A model generated the notes under the pieces. That model made no database searches, was not told the origin of the DNA, and saw nothing but the letters and a program-made list of their open reading frames with translations. Of a stretch of DNA of 30,197 bases, positions 27,708 to 30,197 are shown in pieces. Origin of the DNA: Candidatus Hydrogenedentota bacterium (GTDB lineage Bacteria > Hydrogenedentota > Hydrogenedentia > Hydrogenedentales > GCA-2746185); contig JASJYE010000001.1 of assembly GCA_030123645.1 (NCBI GenBank), forward strand, positions 1-30,197, in the 5' to 3' direction. A program made the translations under genes and the position numbers. Position 1 is the stretch's first letter. Each line of letters begins with the position of its first letter.

Positions 27708-28757
27708 GTGTTGCTGCTCGCATTGCATCTGTTGATCCAGCCCTTGGCGGGCCTGGAGGCGCCGGAGGGTATGGTCTTCGTGCCGGCCGGACCGTTCTTC
27801 ATGGGTTCGAGCGAAGGGGGCGCCGATGAGGCGCCGCCCCGCCGGGTTGATGTATCCGCGTTCTTTATCGACATGCGCGAAGTAACGAACGCAGCCTTCG
27901 CCGATTTCGTTCTAGAGACGGAATTCTTCGACCGGATCGAGGGGCCCTGGTTCCGGTATTCGGCGGAGGGCTGCCTGGCTTTGATGCGCCATTACGAGCG
28001 AAGGGGCGGTGACTTTCCGGCTGCCGCTTCCGCCGGCAGACTCGAGGACGATCGCATTTCGGAATCGGACTTGGCCCGTTGGCGTTCGGCCGTCACCGCG
28101 TTAAAAGCCATGCTGCCTGAGGAGGAAATGGTCCCCGACGGTGCAACCGTTTCTCAGTTTGAAAGACTACCCGCCGTGCTAAACTTAGTAGAAGAGCAGG
28201 CCCTACTGCCGGTGCGTGGCGTCACGTGGCGGGACGCCACGGCCTACGCCGAATGGGCCGGGAAGCGGCTGCCCACGGAAGCCGAATGGGAGAAAGCGGC
28301 CAGGGGCGTTGACAGCCGCCTTTATCCCTGGGGGAATGCGTGGGATTCGCGGCGCTGCTCAGGGGACTCGCCACGGAGAGACGGACCCGCGCGGGTCGGA
28401 AGTTTTCCTGACGGCGCGAGTCCCTACGGCTGTCTCGATATGGCGGGAAACGTCTGGGAATGGGTTGCGGACTGGTACGGCGAGTCGTATTACGCCCAAG
28501 CGCCGGTCGTCGCCGATCCCAAGGGTCCTAAGGGATTGCCGAACGGGCAGTTGCCCATGCCGGCCGAAAACGTTGACAAATTGCGCTCGACCGAACAGGG
28601 GCGGGAAACCGATACACGCAAGGTTATTCGGGGAGGAGGTTGGACGGGTCCCAAACACCAGACGCGTTTCAATCTCCGGTGTTCCAGACGGTTCTGGAGC
28701 AACCCCTCATACTGGCACGAAGACGTGGGTTTTCGTTGCGTAAAGGAGGTGACATGA
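27708..28757 (+). CDS. Second FGE-sulfatase fold protein
   Basis: GMVFVPAGPFFMGS, EVTNAAF, PVRGVTWRDA, RLPTEAEWEKAARG, DMAGNVWEW, KVIRGGGW, GFRCV; hydrophobic N-terminus; GTG directly follows the previous TAA. Confidence 0.88.
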   Translation: MLLLALHLLIQPLAGLEAPEGMVFVPAGPFFMGSSEGGADEAPPRRVDVSAFFIDMREVTNAAFADFVLETEFFDRIEGPWFRYSAEGCLALMRHYERRGGDFPAAASAGRLEDDRISESDLARWRSAVTALKAMLPEEEMVPDGATVSQFERLPAVLNLVEEQALLPVRGVTWRDATAYAEWAGKRLPTEAEWEKAARGVDSRLYPWGNAWDSRRCSGDSPRRDGPARVGSFPDGASPYGCLDMAGNVWEWVADWYGESYYAQAPVVADPKGPKGLPNGQLPMPAENVDKLRSTEQGRETDTRKVIRGGGWTGPKHQTRFNLRCSRRFWSNPSYWHEDVGFRCVKEVT

Positions 28758-28758
28758 A

Positions 28759-29937
28759 ATGAAAGTATTAGATACCGAAACAGCGGCACGCACAGGAGTG
28801 GACGTGTCGGAAGTAGAGCGAGATTCTTGTACGGAATTCTATCTAACGGGCTCGATAGCTATGGACTATGCCAAGGATTCGTCGACGAACGCCCTTTTCT
28901 CTGAATTGGCCGATATCCTCGCCCGCGACGGAATTCAAGTGATCCAGGAAAAGGTGTACGGACTTCGCACCGCGAAGGAGGCCATCATGAAAGCCCGTGA
29001 TGCCGCCTTGGCGGAGCATGGCCTGGACCCGGCGCTGCCCGTGACTTTTCTAGAGGGGAAGCCGGCACGGCACGGGGACTTCGCGGGCTTCCAGTTGTGG
29101 GGCGTCGTCCCGAACCCGGGAAAAGACGTGCAGGTCACGACGGTCAAGAACTCCCTGGGAGGCAGTGGGCGTTGTCTGGCGGGCGAAGGCTTCCGCTTGT
29201 TCTATTTCCCCATGATTAACGGCGCGCGAAGCGACGGCGCCCTGCCTGATTGCGTTACCGGGCAGACCGACCAAATGTTCCAAAACGCCAGCGCCACGCT
29301 ATCCGCCCATAACCTCACGTTCAAAGACGTGCCTCGGACCTGGATCTATTTGGCGAGGATTCTGGACTGGTATGGCGAATTCAACCGGGTCCGCACCGAA
29401 CACTTTGAAAAAGTGGGGCTGCGGCGCGGAGATCCTGAGACGGTGTTCCCCGCCAGCACGGGAATTCAAGGCCAATCCCACGATGAAGAATGCGTCATGG
29501 ACATATTGGCCTTAGAAAACCTGGAAGAGGGCGCCGTGGAGCTAACGCCCATCCGCGAGACCTCGCGTCAGAACCAGGCCTTTGCCTACGGGTCGGCTTT
29601 TTCGCGCGCCATGTCCGTCAAGCGCGAAGGAGTCAACACCGTGTACGTCTCAGGTACGGCAAGCATCAACGCAAAGGGCGAAACACTGTATCAAGGCGAC
29701 GCGGAAGCTCAGAGCGTCGAGACACTCCTGAGTATCGGAGCGCTACTCGAAGACCAAGGCGGCAGCCTGCAAAACATCTGCCAGGCCACCCTGTTCTGCA
29801 AGGACCGCGAGTCGTTCGAGGCCTACGAACGCGTAGCCCGGCAACTCAACGTGCCCCATTTTCCCACGGTCAGCGTCATCGCGGACGTCTGCCGCCACGA
29901 CCTGTCAATCGAGATTGAAGCCACGGCCGTTATCTAA
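28759..29937 (+). CDS. Rid (YjgF/YER057c/UK114)-fold enzyme, FkbO/Hyg5 chorismatase-like, cytoplasmic
   Basis: RTWIYL, FNRVR, FPASTGI, SAFSRA, YVSGTASI, ADVCRHDLSIEIEA; strong RBS AAGGAGG; no signal peptide. Confidence 0.75.
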   Translation: MKVLDTETAARTGVDVSEVERDSCTEFYLTGSIAMDYAKDSSTNALFSELADILARDGIQVIQEKVYGLRTAKEAIMKARDAALAEHGLDPALPVTFLEGKPARHGDFAGFQLWGVVPNPGKDVQVTTVKNSLGGSGRCLAGEGFRLFYFPMINGARSDGALPDCVTGQTDQMFQNASATLSAHNLTFKDVPRTWIYLARILDWYGEFNRVRTEHFEKVGLRRGDPETVFPASTGIQGQSHDEECVMDILALENLEEGAVELTPIRETSRQNQAFAYGSAFSRAMSVKREGVNTVYVSGTASINAKGETLYQGDAEAQSVETLLSIGALLEDQGGSLQNICQATLFCKDRESFEAYERVARQLNVPHFPTVSVIADVCRHDLSIEIEATAVI

Positions 29938-30169
29938 GAAACAAATTGGCGCAGCATAACATCGCCCCCGATGCTACGTGCCTGCGAGGGTGCGAAAACA
30001 TATCCGCGCCGGGTTCATTATGATTGTGAGGATAATCTTCTCAAAGTTAATCACAAACTGGTAGGTCATCGAAGTACTCACCTTGATTAGCCCGCATCGC
30101 TCACAGCCCATTAGTGATTCGCCGCGCTTGCTAAGTTGTTCGGCGACAGTACATTAGGCAGAGGAATAG

Positions 30170-30189
30170 CCGGAACCACCGGTTTGGTA
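30170..30189 (-). repeat. 20-bp repeat variant, copy in right-edge intergenic region
   Basis: CCGGAACCACCGGTTTGGTA, exact reverse complement of 6004-6023 (21 bp including the flanking base). Confidence 0.85.
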
Positions 30190-30197
30190 TTAACGAT

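Noticed and set aside
26664-28757. Functional formylglycine-generating enzyme or EgtB
   Set aside because: Catalytic Cys pair absent, no DinB domain, no neighbouring sulfatase.
30025-30057. TTGTGA...TCACAA inverted repeat after the Rid gene
   Set aside because: The 21-nt spacer does not fit a CRP/FNR site and the downstream gene is outside the window, so no function can be supported.

Overview
GC-rich bacterial DNA with two divergent gene blocks. (1) 1-18810, minus strand: an uninterrupted respiratory gene run of about 19 kb. It reads rrf2 regulator - narC-like dihaem cytochrome c - narG-narH-narJ-narI - narK1-narK2, then 8 bp later a full Alternative Complex III (actA-B-C-D-E-F; actF runs off the left edge). 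A near-consensus sigma70 promoter with an overlapping palindromic operator lies in front of rrf2. (2) 20710-29937, plus strand: a tightly coupled six-gene operon that I cannot assign to a known pathway. It encodes a membrane-anchored dihaem cytochrome c, two paralogous beta-propeller + cytochrome-c-peroxidase-like dihaem proteins (one with an extra CX4CH haem domain), two FGE/sulfatase-modifying-fold proteins lacking the FGE catalytic cysteines, and a Rid/FkbO-Hyg5-like enzyme. Between the blocks lie a PqaA-like pseudogene and a LuxR-HTH remnant. Two repeat families sit inside coding sequence. The first is a 20-21-bp CCGG-N5-CCGG element with 8 copies: 7 in loops or tails of act genes, read in four different frames, and 1 in the right-edge intergenic region. 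The second is an inverted pair of 68-bp hairpin elements at the 5' end of the largest propeller-haem gene. All protein calls come from manual motif recognition; no database searches were run and the host taxon is not determined.
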